Below, in pieces: positions 39,000-49,566 of a stretch of DNA of 64,000 nt (the first letter of the stretch is position 1; each line of letters starts with the position of its first letter). The DNA lies in contig SVRE01000005.1 of assembly GCA_015065005.1 (NCBI GenBank), positions 899 through 64,898 of the forward strand, in the 5' to 3' direction. The notes below the pieces were generated by a model that saw only the letters and a list, made by a program, of their open reading frames with translations, did not search any database and had not been told where the DNA came from. The translations under genes were made by a program, and so were the position numbers. Origin of the DNA: Oscillospiraceae bacterium (lineage in GTDB: Bacteria > Bacillota > Clostridia > Oscillospirales > CAG-272).

Positions 39000-39048
39000 G
39001 CCTCCCCTGTGCAAGGGGAGGTGCCGTGTTTTCACGGCGGAAGGGTTG
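39000..39048 (+). repeat. REP-like element, copy 1
   Basis: GCCTCCCCTGTGCAAGGGGAGGTG-hairpin-GGAAGGGTTG; near-identical to 45669-45715. Confidence 0.8.
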
Positions 39049-39061
39049 AAACGGAGATATT

Positions 39062-40435
39062 ATGGACAAAATGTGGGCAGGAAGATTTGAAAAGGCGCTT
39101 GATAAGCAGGCTGATGACTTCAACTCTTCAATTCATTTCGACAGTAAAATGTATAAGCAGGATATTCGCGGCTCCTTAGAGCATGCGCTTATGCTGACTA
39201 CCTGTGGAATTTTAAATCAAACCGAATATGAAAAAATCAACGAGGGTCTTAATTCGATTCTTGATGACTTGGATAGCGGTGCGCTCGCATTTGATATGGA
39301 TGCTGAGGACATACATATGTTTGTGGAGGCGGAGCTGACCAAGAGAATTGGCGATTACGGTAAGAAGCTGCATACCGCACGTAGCCGTAACGACCAGGTG
39401 GCTTTGGACCTTCGTTTATATATGCGTGACGAAGCAAATAAAATAATCAATCTTTTATGTGAGCTTGTTTGCGTGGTAAAGGACAAGGCAAAGGAAAACC
39501 AGGATGCAATTATGCCGGGCTACACTCATTTGCAAAGGGCGCAGCCAATCACCTTTGCGCATCACCTGCTTGCTTACTGTATGATGCTTTTGCGCGATAT
39601 TACAAGGGTGCAGGATGCACTCAAGAGGATGAATTATTCCCCTCTTGGCTCATGCGCTTTGGCAGGCACAACATATCCCACAAACAGAGATATGGTTGCG
39701 AAAAATCTTGGATTTGACGGCGTTTGTATGAACTCTATTGACGGCGTTTCCGACAGGGATTACTGTATTGAGCTTGAAGGTGCCTTTTCAACTATAATGA
39801 TGCACCTGTCCCGTTTCAGTGAGGAAATTATCCTTTGGTCAAGCTGGGAATTTAAGTTTGTGGAGCTTGATGATTCTTATACAACAGGCTCATCAATTAT
39901 GCCGCAAAAGAAAAACCCGGACATGGCAGAGCTTGTCCGCGGAAAAACAGGACGTGTTTACGGTGATTTGATGGCTACCTTAACAATGCTCAAGGGCATT
40001 CCCCTTGCATATAACAAGGATATGCAGGAGGATAAGGAAGCAATATTTGATGCCACCGAAACCGTTATCAAGTGCTTAGAGGTGTTCATTCCTATGGTCA
40101 AAACAATGACACCTATTAAGGGAAATATGTATAAGGCGGCAGGCAAGGGCTTTATCAATGCAACAGACTTGGCAGACTACCTTACAAAAAAGGGTATGCC
40201 ATTTAGAAGTGCATATAAAATCGTTGGTACAATAGTTGCTGAGTGCATAAGAAATGATATCACCCTTGATCAAATGTCACTTGAAGCTTACAAAAAGCAC
40301 TCCGACCTTTTTGAAAACGATTTGTATGAGGAAATTTCCCTTGAAAGCTGTGTGGCAAAGAGAATTTCCAAGGGCTCCACGGGCTATGATTCTGTAAAGG
40401 AGCAAATCGCTTACGTAGAGGAGCAATTAAAATGA
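39062..40435 (+). CDS. argH: Argininosuccinate lyase
   Basis: MWAGRF, EDIH, LHTARSRNDQ, MPGYTHLQRAQP and TGSSIMPQKKNPD. Confidence 0.97.
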   Translation: MDKMWAGRFEKALDKQADDFNSSIHFDSKMYKQDIRGSLEHALMLTTCGILNQTEYEKINEGLNSILDDLDSGALAFDMDAEDIHMFVEAELTKRIGDYGKKLHTARSRNDQVALDLRLYMRDEANKIINLLCELVCVVKDKAKENQDAIMPGYTHLQRAQPITFAHHLLAYCMMLLRDITRVQDALKRMNYSPLGSCALAGTTYPTNRDMVAKNLGFDGVCMNSIDGVSDRDYCIELEGAFSTIMMHLSRFSEEIILWSSWEFKFVELDDSYTTGSSIMPQKKNPDMAELVRGKTGRVYGDLMATLTMLKGIPLAYNKDMQEDKEAIFDATETVIKCLEVFIPMVKTMTPIKGNMYKAAGKGFINATDLADYLTKKGMPFRSAYKIVGTIVAECIRNDITLDQMSLEAYKKHSDLFENDLYEEISLESCVAKRISKGSTGYDSVKEQIAYVEEQLK

Positions 40436-41361
40436 AGAAGATATTTATAGACGGAAAAGCAGGCACAACAGGCTTGCGTATTGAGGAAAGGCTAAGTGGG
40501 CGTGATGATATTGAAATCGTTACAATTCCCGAGGAATTAAGGAAGGATCCTGTTGCCAAAAAGGAAATACTCAACTCAGTTGATATTGCCTTTCTTTGCT
40601 TGCCCGATGCGGCGGCTGTGGAATCTGTTGGCTTAATAGAAAATGAAAATGTGGTTGTAATTGATACATCAACCGCACATAGGACAAATCCCGCTTGGGC
40701 ATATGGCTTCCCTGAGCTTGATAAGTCCTTTGAGGAAAAGATTAAGAATAGCAAGAGAATAGCTGTTCCGGGCTGTCACGCAAGCGGCTTTATCGCCCTT
40801 GTTTATCCTCTTGTCAAAAACGGAATTATTTCTCCCGACATCCTCTTAACCGCCCATTCCTTAACAGGTTATAGCGGCGGCGGAAAAAATATGATAGCGC
40901 AATATGAGGATGATGAGCTTGAAATGCTTTTGCATGGCCCAAGGCAGTACGGCTTAACCCAAAAGCATAAGCATTTGCCGGAAATGGTAAAAATCACAGG
41001 CTTAAAAAATGCGCCTGTATTTTGCCCAATCGTTGGCACCTTCTATTCGGGAATGGAGGTAACAGTTCCTCTTTTCAAGTCCCAGCTTTTAAAGGGCGGA
41101 ATAGAGGAAATTAAGGAAATATACAGAAATACATATAATAACGGAATCGTTTCCTATGTGGATGGTGATGACGAAAACGGCTTCTTGTCCGCTGTAAAGC
41201 TAGAGGGCAAGGACTCGATGCAGATTGAGGTATACGGCAATGAGGATAGGATTTTGCTTGTTGCAAGGTATGACAATCTTGGCAAGGGCGCATCCGGTGC
41301 CGCTGTTGAGTGCTTAAATATTGTTTTAGGCGCAGATAAGACAAAAACTCTTGAAATCTAA
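40432..41361 (+). CDS. argC: N-acetyl-gamma-glutamyl-phosphate reductase (type 2)
   Basis: IFIDGKAGTTGL, STAHRT, PGCHASGF, GYSGGGK and DNLGKGASGAAV. Confidence 0.95.
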   Translation: MKKIFIDGKAGTTGLRIEERLSGRDDIEIVTIPEELRKDPVAKKEILNSVDIAFLCLPDAAAVESVGLIENENVVVIDTSTAHRTNPAWAYGFPELDKSFEEKIKNSKRIAVPGCHASGFIALVYPLVKNGIISPDILLTAHSLTGYSGGGKNMIAQYEDDELEMLLHGPRQYGLTQKHKHLPEMVKITGLKNAPVFCPIVGTFYSGMEVTVPLFKSQLLKGGIEEIKEIYRNTYNNGIVSYVDGDDENGFLSAVKLEGKDSMQIEVYGNEDRILLVARYDNLGKGASGAAVECLNIVLGADKTKTLEI

Positions 41362-41371
41362 GGAGAAGAAA

Positions 41372-42586
41372 ATGAAATTACTTTATGGTGGCGTTTGTGC
41401 AGCACAGGGCTTTTTAGCATCAGGTGTTCATTGTGGCATACGTAAGAACAAGGAGAAAAAGGACTTAGCGCTTATATATTCCGAAACACGCGCAGCCTGT
41501 GCCTCAGTATATACAACAAATAAGGTTAAGGGTGCGCCGTTGACCGTAACTAAGAATAATATTAGTGATGGCTATGCACAGGCGGTAATTTGCAACAGCG
41601 GTAACGCTAACACCTGTAATGCAAACGGCATTGAGGTGGCGGAGCAAACATGCGAGCTTATTGCAAATGAGCTTGGGATTTCACCAAAGGATATTGTGGT
41701 TGCATCCACAGGAGTTATAGGTCAGCCTCTTGACATAACACCTATTAAAAACGGTATTCCTGCTCTTGTAAAATCACTTGGTGATAATAAGAGTGGCGAT
41801 GCAGCAGAAGGAATTATGACCACCGATACACGCTTAAAGGAAATCGCAGTTAGCTTTGAAATCGGTGGAGTTGAATGTAAAATGGGCGGTATTGCAAAGG
41901 GCTCAGGTATGATTCACCCTAACATGGCAACAATGCTTGTTTTCATCACAACTGACTGTAAAATCAGCCCTGAAATGCTTCAACTTGCACTTTCAACAGA
42001 TATTAAGAAAACCTTTAATATGGTTAGTGTTGACGGTGATACATCTACAAACGATATGGTGTCAGTTCTTGCTAACGGAAAGGCAGGAAATGAGGAAATA
42101 ACAACACAGGGTGAGGCGTTTGACACATTTATGGAAGCGTTGAACACTATAACCGTAAACCTTTGCCAAAAAATTGCAGGCGATGGCGAGGGTGCTACAA
42201 AGCGTATAGACTGTGAGGTCAGCGGAGCAATTGATGAGGAAAATGCTAAGATAATAGCAAAGAGTGTTATTTGCTCCTCGCTTGTAAAAGCGGCAATGTT
42301 CGGCTCTGATGCCAACTGGGGCAGAATACTTTGTGCCATCGGTTATAGCGGAGCAGAGGTTGATGTTAACAAGGTTAAGGTTTCATTCGTGTCAGAATTT
42401 GGTGAGGTTGTAGTTTGCGAAAACGGCGCAGGCGTTGATTTTTCCGAAGAGCTTGCAAAGGCGGTTTTGTCTTGTTACGAGGTAACAATTAAGGTTGAGT
42501 TAGGTGACGGAGACGGTGAAGCAACCGCTTGGGGCTGCGACTTGACCTACGATTACGTAAAGATAAATGGAGATTACAGAACATAA
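41372..42586 (+). CDS. argJ: Ornithine acetyltransferase / N-acetylglutamate synthase
   Basis: NSGNANTC, STGVIG, IMTTDT, KGSGMIHPNMATML, DGDTSTND, DGEGATK and WGCDLTYDYVKING. Confidence 0.97.
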   Translation: MKLLYGGVCAAQGFLASGVHCGIRKNKEKKDLALIYSETRAACASVYTTNKVKGAPLTVTKNNISDGYAQAVICNSGNANTCNANGIEVAEQTCELIANELGISPKDIVVASTGVIGQPLDITPIKNGIPALVKSLGDNKSGDAAEGIMTTDTRLKEIAVSFEIGGVECKMGGIAKGSGMIHPNMATMLVFITTDCKISPEMLQLALSTDIKKTFNMVSVDGDTSTNDMVSVLANGKAGNEEITTQGEAFDTFMEALNTITVNLCQKIAGDGEGATKRIDCEVSGAIDEENAKIIAKSVICSSLVKAAMFGSDANWGRILCAIGYSGAEVDVNKVKVSFVSEFGEVVVCENGAGVDFSEELAKAVLSCYEVTIKVELGDGDGEATAWGCDLTYDYVKINGDYRT

Positions 42587-43464
42587 TGGATATGTCGATT
42601 AAGATTACAAATGCGCAAAGGGCTGAAATTCTAACCCAAGCCCTTCCCTATATCAAGGAATACTACGGCAAAACCATAGTTATTAAATATGGCGGAAATG
42701 CAATGATTAACGAGGAGCTTAAAGAGCAGGTAATGGAGGACATTGTCCTTTTGCACTTAATCGGCGTTAACGTTGTGCTCGTTCACGGTGGCGGCCCTGA
42801 GATTACAGACACCTTGAAAAAAATCGGCAAGGAATCTAAGTTCGTTGGCGGACTCCGTGTAACAGACAAGGAAACTATTGACGTTGTTCAAATGGTTTTG
42901 GCTGGTAAAATCAACAAATCTCTTGTTAATAAGCTTGGAATCAACGGTGGCAGGGCAATCGGTATTTCAGGTCTCGACGGTCATATGATTAAGGCTGAGA
43001 TGAAGAATAGTGAGCTTGGCTATGTTGGTAAGATTACTGAGGTTGATATAACTCCAATTAATGACCTTATCGAAAAGGGATACATTCCCGTTGTTTCTAC
43101 AATCGGTTGTGATGAAGAGGGTAATGTATATAACATTAATGCGGATACAGCCGCAGCATTTATCGCAGGTAACTTAAAGGCTGAAAGGCTTATCACAATG
43201 ACAGATATTGAGGGCATTTTGATGGATAAGGATGACCCACATTCCTTGATTCAGGAAATTGATATTAAGGGCTGTTATGAGCTGTTTGCAACAGGCGTTA
43301 TCGGTGGCGGTATGATACCTAAGGTAGAATGCTGTATTGATGCAATTCGTAAGGGCGTAAAAACAGTAACTATTCTTGACGGACGTGTTCCTCACGCTTT
43401 GCTTATCGAAACCTTGACTGATGAAGGCGCGGGAACAATGGTTGTAGAGGATCTTGGTAAATGA
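42586..43464 (+). CDS. argB: Acetylglutamate kinase
   Basis: VIKYGGNAM, VHGGGPEI, GLRVTD, NINADTAA and GGMIPKV. Confidence 0.96.
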   Translation: MDMSIKITNAQRAEILTQALPYIKEYYGKTIVIKYGGNAMINEELKEQVMEDIVLLHLIGVNVVLVHGGGPEITDTLKKIGKESKFVGGLRVTDKETIDVVQMVLAGKINKSLVNKLGINGGRAIGISGLDGHMIKAEMKNSELGYVGKITEVDITPINDLIEKGYIPVVSTIGCDEEGNVYNINADTAAAFIAGNLKAERLITMTDIEGILMDKDDPHSLIQEIDIKGCYELFATGVIGGGMIPKVECCIDAIRKGVKTVTILDGRVPHALLIETLTDEGAGTMVVEDLGK

Positions 43465-44633
43465 GTATTAAGGAAATAGATAAAAGCTATGTAGCTGGAA
43501 CCTATGGTAGATTTGATGTTGAAATCTCCCACGGAAAAGGTTCACTTGTATATGATACGCAGGGCAAGGAGTATATTGATTTATCCTCCGGAATTGCAGT
43601 AAATACCTTTGGAATGTGCGACCCTGTGTTTATAAATGCAGTAAATGAGCAATTAAATAAGTGCCAGCATACATCTAATTTGTATTATTCTGAGCCTTGT
43701 GCTAAGCTGGCACAGCTTTTGTGTGAAAGAACAGGAGCAAAAAAGGTATTTTTTGGAAACTCAGGTGCTGAAGCAAATGAATGTGCAATTAAGGTTGCAC
43801 GTCTATGGGGCAGCGAAAACAAAGGGGAGAAATATTACAATATTATCACCTTGAAAAACAGCTTCCACGGACGTACCTTAACCACATTATCAGCCACAGG
43901 GCAGGACGTTTTTCATAAATACTTCAATCCTTTAACAGAGGGGTTTTTGTACGCTGAGGCAAATAATGTTGAAAGTGTGGAAACACTTTTGATGGAAAAT
44001 AAGTGCTGTGCAATCCTAATGGAGCTTGTACAGGGCGAGGGTGGAGTAATGGCATTAAATCCCGATTTTGTCAGGGGAGTGTCCATGCTTTGCCAAAAAT
44101 ACAACATTCTTTTAATGATTGATGAGGTTCAGACAGGCAACGGACGTACAGGTAATTTGTATGCATACCAGGGCTATGGAATTGAGCCTGATGTTATAAC
44201 CACAGCCAAGGGCTTAGGCGGCGGCTTACCAATAGGCGCTTGCTTAATGTTTGGTAAAACTGAAAATGTGCTTGGCGCGGGCTTGCACGGCTCTACCTTT
44301 GGCGGCAACCCTGTTTCCTGTGCCGCAGGTATTTCTGTTATAGAAAGAATTGACAACACCCTGCTTAACGAGGTAAAGGAAAAATCAAAATTTGTTTTTG
44401 ATGAGCTAAACGGTGCGCAGGGCATAAAGAGCGTTAGCGGCTTAGGACTTATGATTGGTATCGAAACAGAAGCAGATGCTTCCCTTGTTATTTCCAAGTG
44501 TATGGAAAGAGGGCTTTTGCCAATCAAAGCGAAGAATAAGGTTAGATTGTTGCCACCGCTTAATATTCCATTTGATTTGCTCAAAAAAGCGGTTAGCATC
44601 ATTAAAGAGGTTGCAAAGGAGTGTGTACAATGA
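43461..44633 (+). CDS. argD: Acetylornithine aminotransferase
   Basis: [40 protein letters not shown] and HGSTFGGNP. Confidence 0.95.
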   Translation: MSIKEIDKSYVAGTYGRFDVEISHGKGSLVYDTQGKEYIDLSSGIAVNTFGMCDPVFINAVNEQLNKCQHTSNLYYSEPCAKLAQLLCERTGAKKVFFGNSGAEANECAIKVARLWGSENKGEKYYNIITLKNSFHGRTLTTLSATGQDVFHKYFNPLTEGFLYAEANNVESVETLLMENKCCAILMELVQGEGGVMALNPDFVRGVSMLCQKYNILLMIDEVQTGNGRTGNLYAYQGYGIEPDVITTAKGLGGGLPIGACLMFGKTENVLGAGLHGSTFGGNPVSCAAGISVIERIDNTLLNEVKEKSKFVFDELNGAQGIKSVSGLGLMIGIETEADASLVISKCMERGLLPIKAKNKVRLLPPLNIPFDLLKKAVSIIKEVAKECVQ

Positions 44634-45616
44634 ATTTAAAGGGCAGAGATTTTTTAAAGCTTCTTGATTTCACCCCTGAGGAAATCGGCGGGTTAATTGA
44701 CTTAGCGGCTGAATTAAAGGCAAAAAAGAAAAACGGTATTCCCCACGCAGAGCTTTGCGGTAAGAATATCGCGCTTATATTTGAGAAAACAAGCACAAGG
44801 ACACGTTGCAGCTTTGAGGTTGCAGCCTATGACTTAGGTATGCACGCAACCTATCTTGACCCTAAGGCATCCCAAATCGGCAAAAAGGAAAGCATTGCAG
44901 ATACCGCAAGGGTTCTTTCCTCTATATATGACGGTATTGAATATCGCGGCTACGGACAAGAAATTGTTGAACAGCTTGCAAAGTATTCAAAGGTCCCTGT
45001 TTGGAACGGACTTACAAATGAGTTTCATCCAACACAGATTTTGGCTGACTTTTTAACAATTAAGGAGCATTTTGGTAAATTAAAGGGCATCAAGCTTGTT
45101 TATATGGGCGATGCAAGATATAATATGGGCAATTCTTTAATGGTTGGCTGTGCTAAAATGGGTCTTGACTTTGTTGCATGCGCACCAAAGAAATATTTCC
45201 CCGACCAAGCATTAATCAATGAGTGCCTTGAAATTGCAAAGCAAACAGGCGCAACTCTCTCCTTTGAGGAAAATCCCGACATTGCTGTAAAGGGCGCAAA
45301 TGTAATCTACACAGACGTGTGGGTTTCAATGGGTGAGCCAACAGAGGTATGGCAGGAAAGAATTAACGACTTGTCTCCATACCAGGTAAATAAGGTGCTT
45401 ATGTCAAAGGCAGACAAAAATGCGGTGTTTATGCACTGCTTGCCGGCATATCACGACCTTAATACAGAGGTAGGACACGAAATGGGCGAAAAATTTGGTA
45501 GGGCAGATATGGAGGTAACAGACGAGGTATTCGAGTCTGAGCAATCTATCGTATTCCAAGAGGCTGAAAACAGAATGCACACCATAAAGGCAGTAATGCT
45601 TTCAACACTCAAATAA
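44630..45616 (+). CDS. argF: Ornithine carbamoyltransferase
   Basis: [32 protein letters not shown] and AENRMH. Confidence 0.96.
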   Translation: MNLKGRDFLKLLDFTPEEIGGLIDLAAELKAKKKNGIPHAELCGKNIALIFEKTSTRTRCSFEVAAYDLGMHATYLDPKASQIGKKESIADTARVLSSIYDGIEYRGYGQEIVEQLAKYSKVPVWNGLTNEFHPTQILADFLTIKEHFGKLKGIKLVYMGDARYNMGNSLMVGCAKMGLDFVACAPKKYFPDQALINECLEIAKQTGATLSFEENPDIAVKGANVIYTDVWVSMGEPTEVWQERINDLSPYQVNKVLMSKADKNAVFMHCLPAYHDLNTEVGHEMGEKFGRADMEVTDEVFESEQSIVFQEAENRMHTIKAVMLSTLK

Positions 45617-45668
45617 ATACAAAAAGCCAAGTTTAGAATATAAAATATAAAAAGCATAATTAAGATAT

Positions 45669-45715
45669 GCCTCCCCTGTGTAAGGGGAGGTGTCTTTTTT
45701 AAGACGGAAGGGTTG
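45669..45715 (+). repeat. REP-like element, copy 2
   Basis: GCCTCCCCTGTGTAAGGGGAGGTG-hairpin-GGAAGGGTTG. Confidence 0.8.
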
Positions 45716-45796
45716 TATTATTTTTTCAAAAAGTGTAACTTTCCTAACCGAAAATCCGTCTATATAAGTGAAGGACAAAAACGGGAGGAAATGCAT

Positions 45797-47182
45797 ATGA
45801 AAAAACTAATATCACTCACAATTTTACTTCTTTCACTTTTCTTAATGGCGTCCTGCCAAAATGAAAGCATAAGCTGTGGGCCCGGAGAAAATGACGGAAA
45901 ATACAAGCTCACAGTAGAAGATGAATACCATATGCTAATCGAAGAGCTAAGCTGCTATTATGATGAGGGAGATACGGTTATTGTCAAAACAGGACTTGTT
46001 ATGGACGCAAATGTGGTTGTGGAGCTAAACGGCGCCAGGTCACAAAATCATTTTATTGCTAAGGATGAAAATGGCAGATATTCCCACACTGAATGGGAGT
46101 TTGTAATGCCGGCTAAGGATTCTATTTTGGAAATTACTATTTCCTCGGGTATGGATGCGATTTATTACCGTGTTGGCTTAAGTGACCCCAACAACCTTGT
46201 TGTAAATGACCTTGCCGGTATGTATACCCCGGGCGAAACCGTCAAAATCAAAACTCAAACAAGTAAATTTGAAAACTCTAACATCAGCTTTACTGCCAAT
46301 AATTTGTATGTAAAATACGAGGGTGAAACAAAGAACGAAAATGGTGAGCTTCTGTACCACGAATGGAGCTTTGTTATGCCCCACGAGGACGTTATCGTTT
46401 CCGCAGTTCTTTCCCCTATTGAATATTACTTAAACGTACAGGATGAGCGCGATTTACTTCAAAATAACATAATCGGATACTATAAAATCGGTGCTGAAAT
46501 TGAAATTCATTTGAACACAGGAAATGTTCTTCTGTTCTTAAACGAGTTCCCGCTTGATTTAAGCTTGGAAGAGGTTTTAGACGAAAACAATCAGGTTCTT
46601 TACTATAAGCAAGCAATAAAAATGCCGGATCGCCAGTCAACCTTAAGGGTTGAACCCGGTGAGCCGTTGCCCTCCTTGCATAATTTGGTTTTTATTGATG
46701 AAACGCCTTATAAAATGTTTGAGACTGATTATTCGGGTGAGTATGCAGCGGGCGAAAAAATTACAATAACATCAAATAGCGATGTTCTTGATGCTGAGGT
46801 TATATTAAAGGCAAACGGAATAAAAATCGAGGAAATCGGATATGATCAGTGGCAGTTTATAATGCCCCACAAGGATGTAACAATAAAAGCATATTTGATT
46901 AATACATCATGGGGAGATAATTGGCACTATCTTAACGTGGAGGACAAGGAGCTGCTCCTTGTTGCTGGTGTATTTTATGACAGGCTTGGAGTAGTAGATG
47001 GATACTATCAAGAGGAAGAGACTATAACTTTGTATTCGCGTGCATTGTTAATCTTGGAGGCAGATTGCGAGATTAACGTGTTGGATTATCTGTACATAGA
47101 GAGTAGAGGGATCTATGAATACAAATTTATAATGCCGGAACAAGATATTACATTAAAAATCAGTCAATTAAAGAATGAATAA
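45797..47182 (+). CDS. Lipoprotein with about 5 divergent InlB B-repeat-like domains
   Basis: Lipobox MASC; repeated Y..G..V.I...(W/Y)xFxMPxxDVxI units (FVMPAKDS, FVMPHEDV, IKMPDRQS, FIMPHKDV, FIMPEQDI). Confidence 0.75.
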   Translation: MKKLISLTILLLSLFLMASCQNESISCGPGENDGKYKLTVEDEYHMLIEELSCYYDEGDTVIVKTGLVMDANVVVELNGARSQNHFIAKDENGRYSHTEWEFVMPAKDSILEITISSGMDAIYYRVGLSDPNNLVVNDLAGMYTPGETVKIKTQTSKFENSNISFTANNLYVKYEGETKNENGELLYHEWSFVMPHEDVIVSAVLSPIEYYLNVQDERDLLQNNIIGYYKIGAEIEIHLNTGNVLLFLNEFPLDLSLEEVLDENNQVLYYKQAIKMPDRQSTLRVEPGEPLPSLHNLVFIDETPYKMFETDYSGEYAAGEKITITSNSDVLDAEVILKANGIKIEEIGYDQWQFIMPHKDVTIKAYLINTSWGDNWHYLNVEDKELLLVAGVFYDRLGVVDGYYQEEETITLYSRALLILEADCEINVLDYLYIESRGIYEYKFIMPEQDITLKISQLKNE

Positions 47183-47342
47183 TCATATGTACAATTGAAC
47201 ATATATAACAAATCATAACCACCAGTGCAACTGGTGGTATGCATACCCCTAGAAGGGATCTTTACAGGCTTAACCTCGGGGGAGGCGCTGAAATTTATCA
47301 TAGCATTACACGCACAGCACTCCGTAAAACGGGCTGATTTTA

Positions 47343-47527
47343 GGCTCCTTTGTGTAAAGGGAGCTGTCGCAAAGCGACTGAGGGATTGTTCCTCATAATC
47401 TTACAACCCTTCCGTCTTGCTTCGCAATCCACCTGTCTCGCTGCGGCTCGGTCACATTTCGGCTCTGCCACCCCCCGAGTGCCATTCACTACCGAAATGA
47501 CGTTCCACTACCTTACACAGGGGAGGC
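47343..47527. repeat. Inverted pair of REP-like elements, the second interrupted by a 76-nt insert
   Basis: GGCTCCTTTGTGTAAAGGGAGC...GAGGGATTGT (47343-47389). Reverse copy CAACCCTTCCGTCTT...CACCT[47435-47510]CCTTACACAGGGGAGGC. Confidence 0.75.
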
Positions 47528-47620
47528 TTGCTTTTTTATGGGCTTGCGTTAAGCTCGCCCGAACTCATTGCAGTTCCTCTCGTCTTTTTCCCCTAGTAAC
47601 GCCTAAAAGGCACCAATAAA

Positions 47621-47685
47621 GAAAAAGCACTCACACGAGTGCTTTTTCCAAACAAAAAATCCGCTTTGTGAAAAGCGGATTTTTT
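47621..47685. terminator. Two tandem terminators
   Basis: GAAAAAGCACTC..GAGTGCTTTTTC and AAAAAATCCGCTTT..AAAGCGGATTTTTT. Confidence 0.8.
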
Positions 47686-47688
47686 AAA

Positions 47689-49491
47689 TTAATGCTGTGA
47701 TGTTGGTAAATAGTACTTTTTCTTAAATGAATTAAACTCACCTTGGAATGATTGGTCATCGCTGGTCTTAAGTGCATTCAAGTATTCGTGGGTACCAAAG
47801 CTGCTGTGTGAGGTTTCGATAATCGCAACCGCAATGTTTGAGCAGTGGTCAGAAACTCTTGAATAGTTATTGAGAAGGTCGGAAAGAACAAATCCAAGCT
47901 CAATAGTACAAGCACCCGCTTGGAGTCTTGTGATATGGTTGGATTTTGTTCCGGAAATAAGGCCGTCAATAACCTGCTCAAGCGGTTCAACCTTGATAGC
48001 AACGTCAATGCTGTTGTCAACAAAGGATGTAGCGGTAATATCAAGGATTTCTGAAATAGCGTTTGTTATAACCTCAATTTCAGCGGTAGCCTCCTTAGAG
48101 AACACAATCTTTTTGGTGCTTAATTCTTCGGAAACCTTAAGTATGTTGATTGCGTGGTCGCTTAAACGCTCAAAGTCACCGATTGTATGTAGCATTTTGG
48201 AAATTCTGATGCTGTCAGCCTGTGAAAGTGGGAAGGCGGAAAGCTGAACCAAGTAAGTGCCAAGCCTGTCCTCATACTTATCAATAATACTTTCGTTATC
48301 AATAATTGTCTGCGCAGTTTTTGGATTATAGTTGTAAAGATTGTTAATAGCCAAATCCAATGTTTCCTTTGAAAGCTTGCACATCTCAACGGTTAAGTTA
48401 CCGCACTCGGAAATAGCAACGGAAGGAGATCTTTGAATAAGAAGCGGGTCGATAAAGGCAACCTCAATCTTACTTTCCTTATCCTTCATAAGTACATAAG
48501 CAAGCTTTTCGATAAGCTTTGAGAATGGAAGGAGGATAGCGGTGGTGACAACGTTAAACAATGTATGGAATATTGCAATGGACCAAACGTCAACCTCGGA
48601 ATTTAGGAAGTCTGCACCCAATGCACTGCAAATAGCAAACGGGATAAAGCAAAGTAAAACAGCAATAATCTTAATTACAAGGTGGGTAACGGCAACACGC
48701 TTTGCATTTCTGTTAGCAGCTAAGCTGGAAATAACAGCTGTTACACATGTACCGATATTAAATCCAAGAATAAGCGGGACGGCAACATTGAAGCTCATAA
48801 CAAAGCCACCACTCATAACAAGCGCCTGCAAAACGCCGACAGAGGCTGAGGAGGACTGAATTATAGTGGTAAACAGAGTTGCAATAATAAGACCTAAGAA
48901 AATACCTGCATAGTTACCGTCAAGCCAGGAAATTACATTTGCGAAGGTATCGTTGTTATCTGTCAAGCCTTCAACAGAGCCGGACATAAGCTCCATGCCC
49001 TGCATCAAAATAGCAAAGCCTAAGCAAATAGCACCAATATCCTTGTTTTTAATGTTCTTTTTGCTTAAGAACATAATGAGCGCAATACCGATAACGGCAA
49101 TAATTGGGGTGAAGAAGGAGGGCTTTAAATAACCAAGCCAGCCTAAATCAGCACTGTTTCCTCCCAAAGCGGGAAGAGCAGTAATCCAAGGGGTGATGGT
49201 CGTACCGATGTTTGTACCCATAAGCATACCAATTGTTTGGGGCAACGTCATAATGCCGGAGCCAACAAGACCAACAATCATAACGGTAGTAGCGGATGAG
49301 GACTGAATAACAGCAGTAACTCCGCAGCCCAGGGCCATGCCCTTAAATTTATTAGAAGAAGCCTTTTTCAAAATGGTTTCCATTTTTCCGCCTGCCATTC
49401 TTTCAAGGCCGGTTGACATAATGTTCATACCGTAAAGGAAGAAGGCAAGGCCGCCCAAAAGCATAACTAATGAAACAATTATAGTATTCAT
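47689..49491 (-). CDS. Na+/Pi cotransporter with C-terminal PhoU-like domain
   Basis: GGLAFFLYGM, two QSSSA motifs, G.NIGT twice, DFERLSDH and RVSDHCSNIA. Confidence 0.93.
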   Translation of the reverse strand: MNTIIVSLVMLLGGLAFFLYGMNIMSTGLERMAGGKMETILKKASSNKFKGMALGCGVTAVIQSSSATTVMIVGLVGSGIMTLPQTIGMLMGTNIGTTITPWITALPALGGNSADLGWLGYLKPSFFTPIIAVIGIALIMFLSKKNIKNKDIGAICLGFAILMQGMELMSGSVEGLTDNNDTFANVISWLDGNYAGIFLGLIIATLFTTIIQSSSASVGVLQALVMSGGFVMSFNVAVPLILGFNIGTCVTAVISSLAANRNAKRVAVTHLVIKIIAVLLCFIPFAICSALGADFLNSEVDVWSIAIFHTLFNVVTTAILLPFSKLIEKLAYVLMKDKESKIEVAFIDPLLIQRSPSVAISECGNLTVEMCKLSKETLDLAINNLYNYNPKTAQTIIDNESIIDKYEDRLGTYLVQLSAFPLSQADSIRISKMLHTIGDFERLSDHAINILKVSEELSTKKIVFSKEATAEIEVITNAISEILDITATSFVDNSIDVAIKVEPLEQVIDGLISGTKSNHITRLQAGACTIELGFVLSDLLNNYSRVSDHCSNIAVAIIETSHSSFGTHEYLNALKTSDDQSFQGEFNSFKKKYYLPTSQH

Positions 49492-49566
49492 GTAAACAGC
49501 CTTTCAAAATATAATTTTCATCGTATTAAATTTTACCACAAAATTTGACAAAAATCAAGAAAAAAT

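Noticed and set aside
47350-47619. 89-aa ORF
   Set aside because: It consists of REP-like palindromic sequence; probably spurious.
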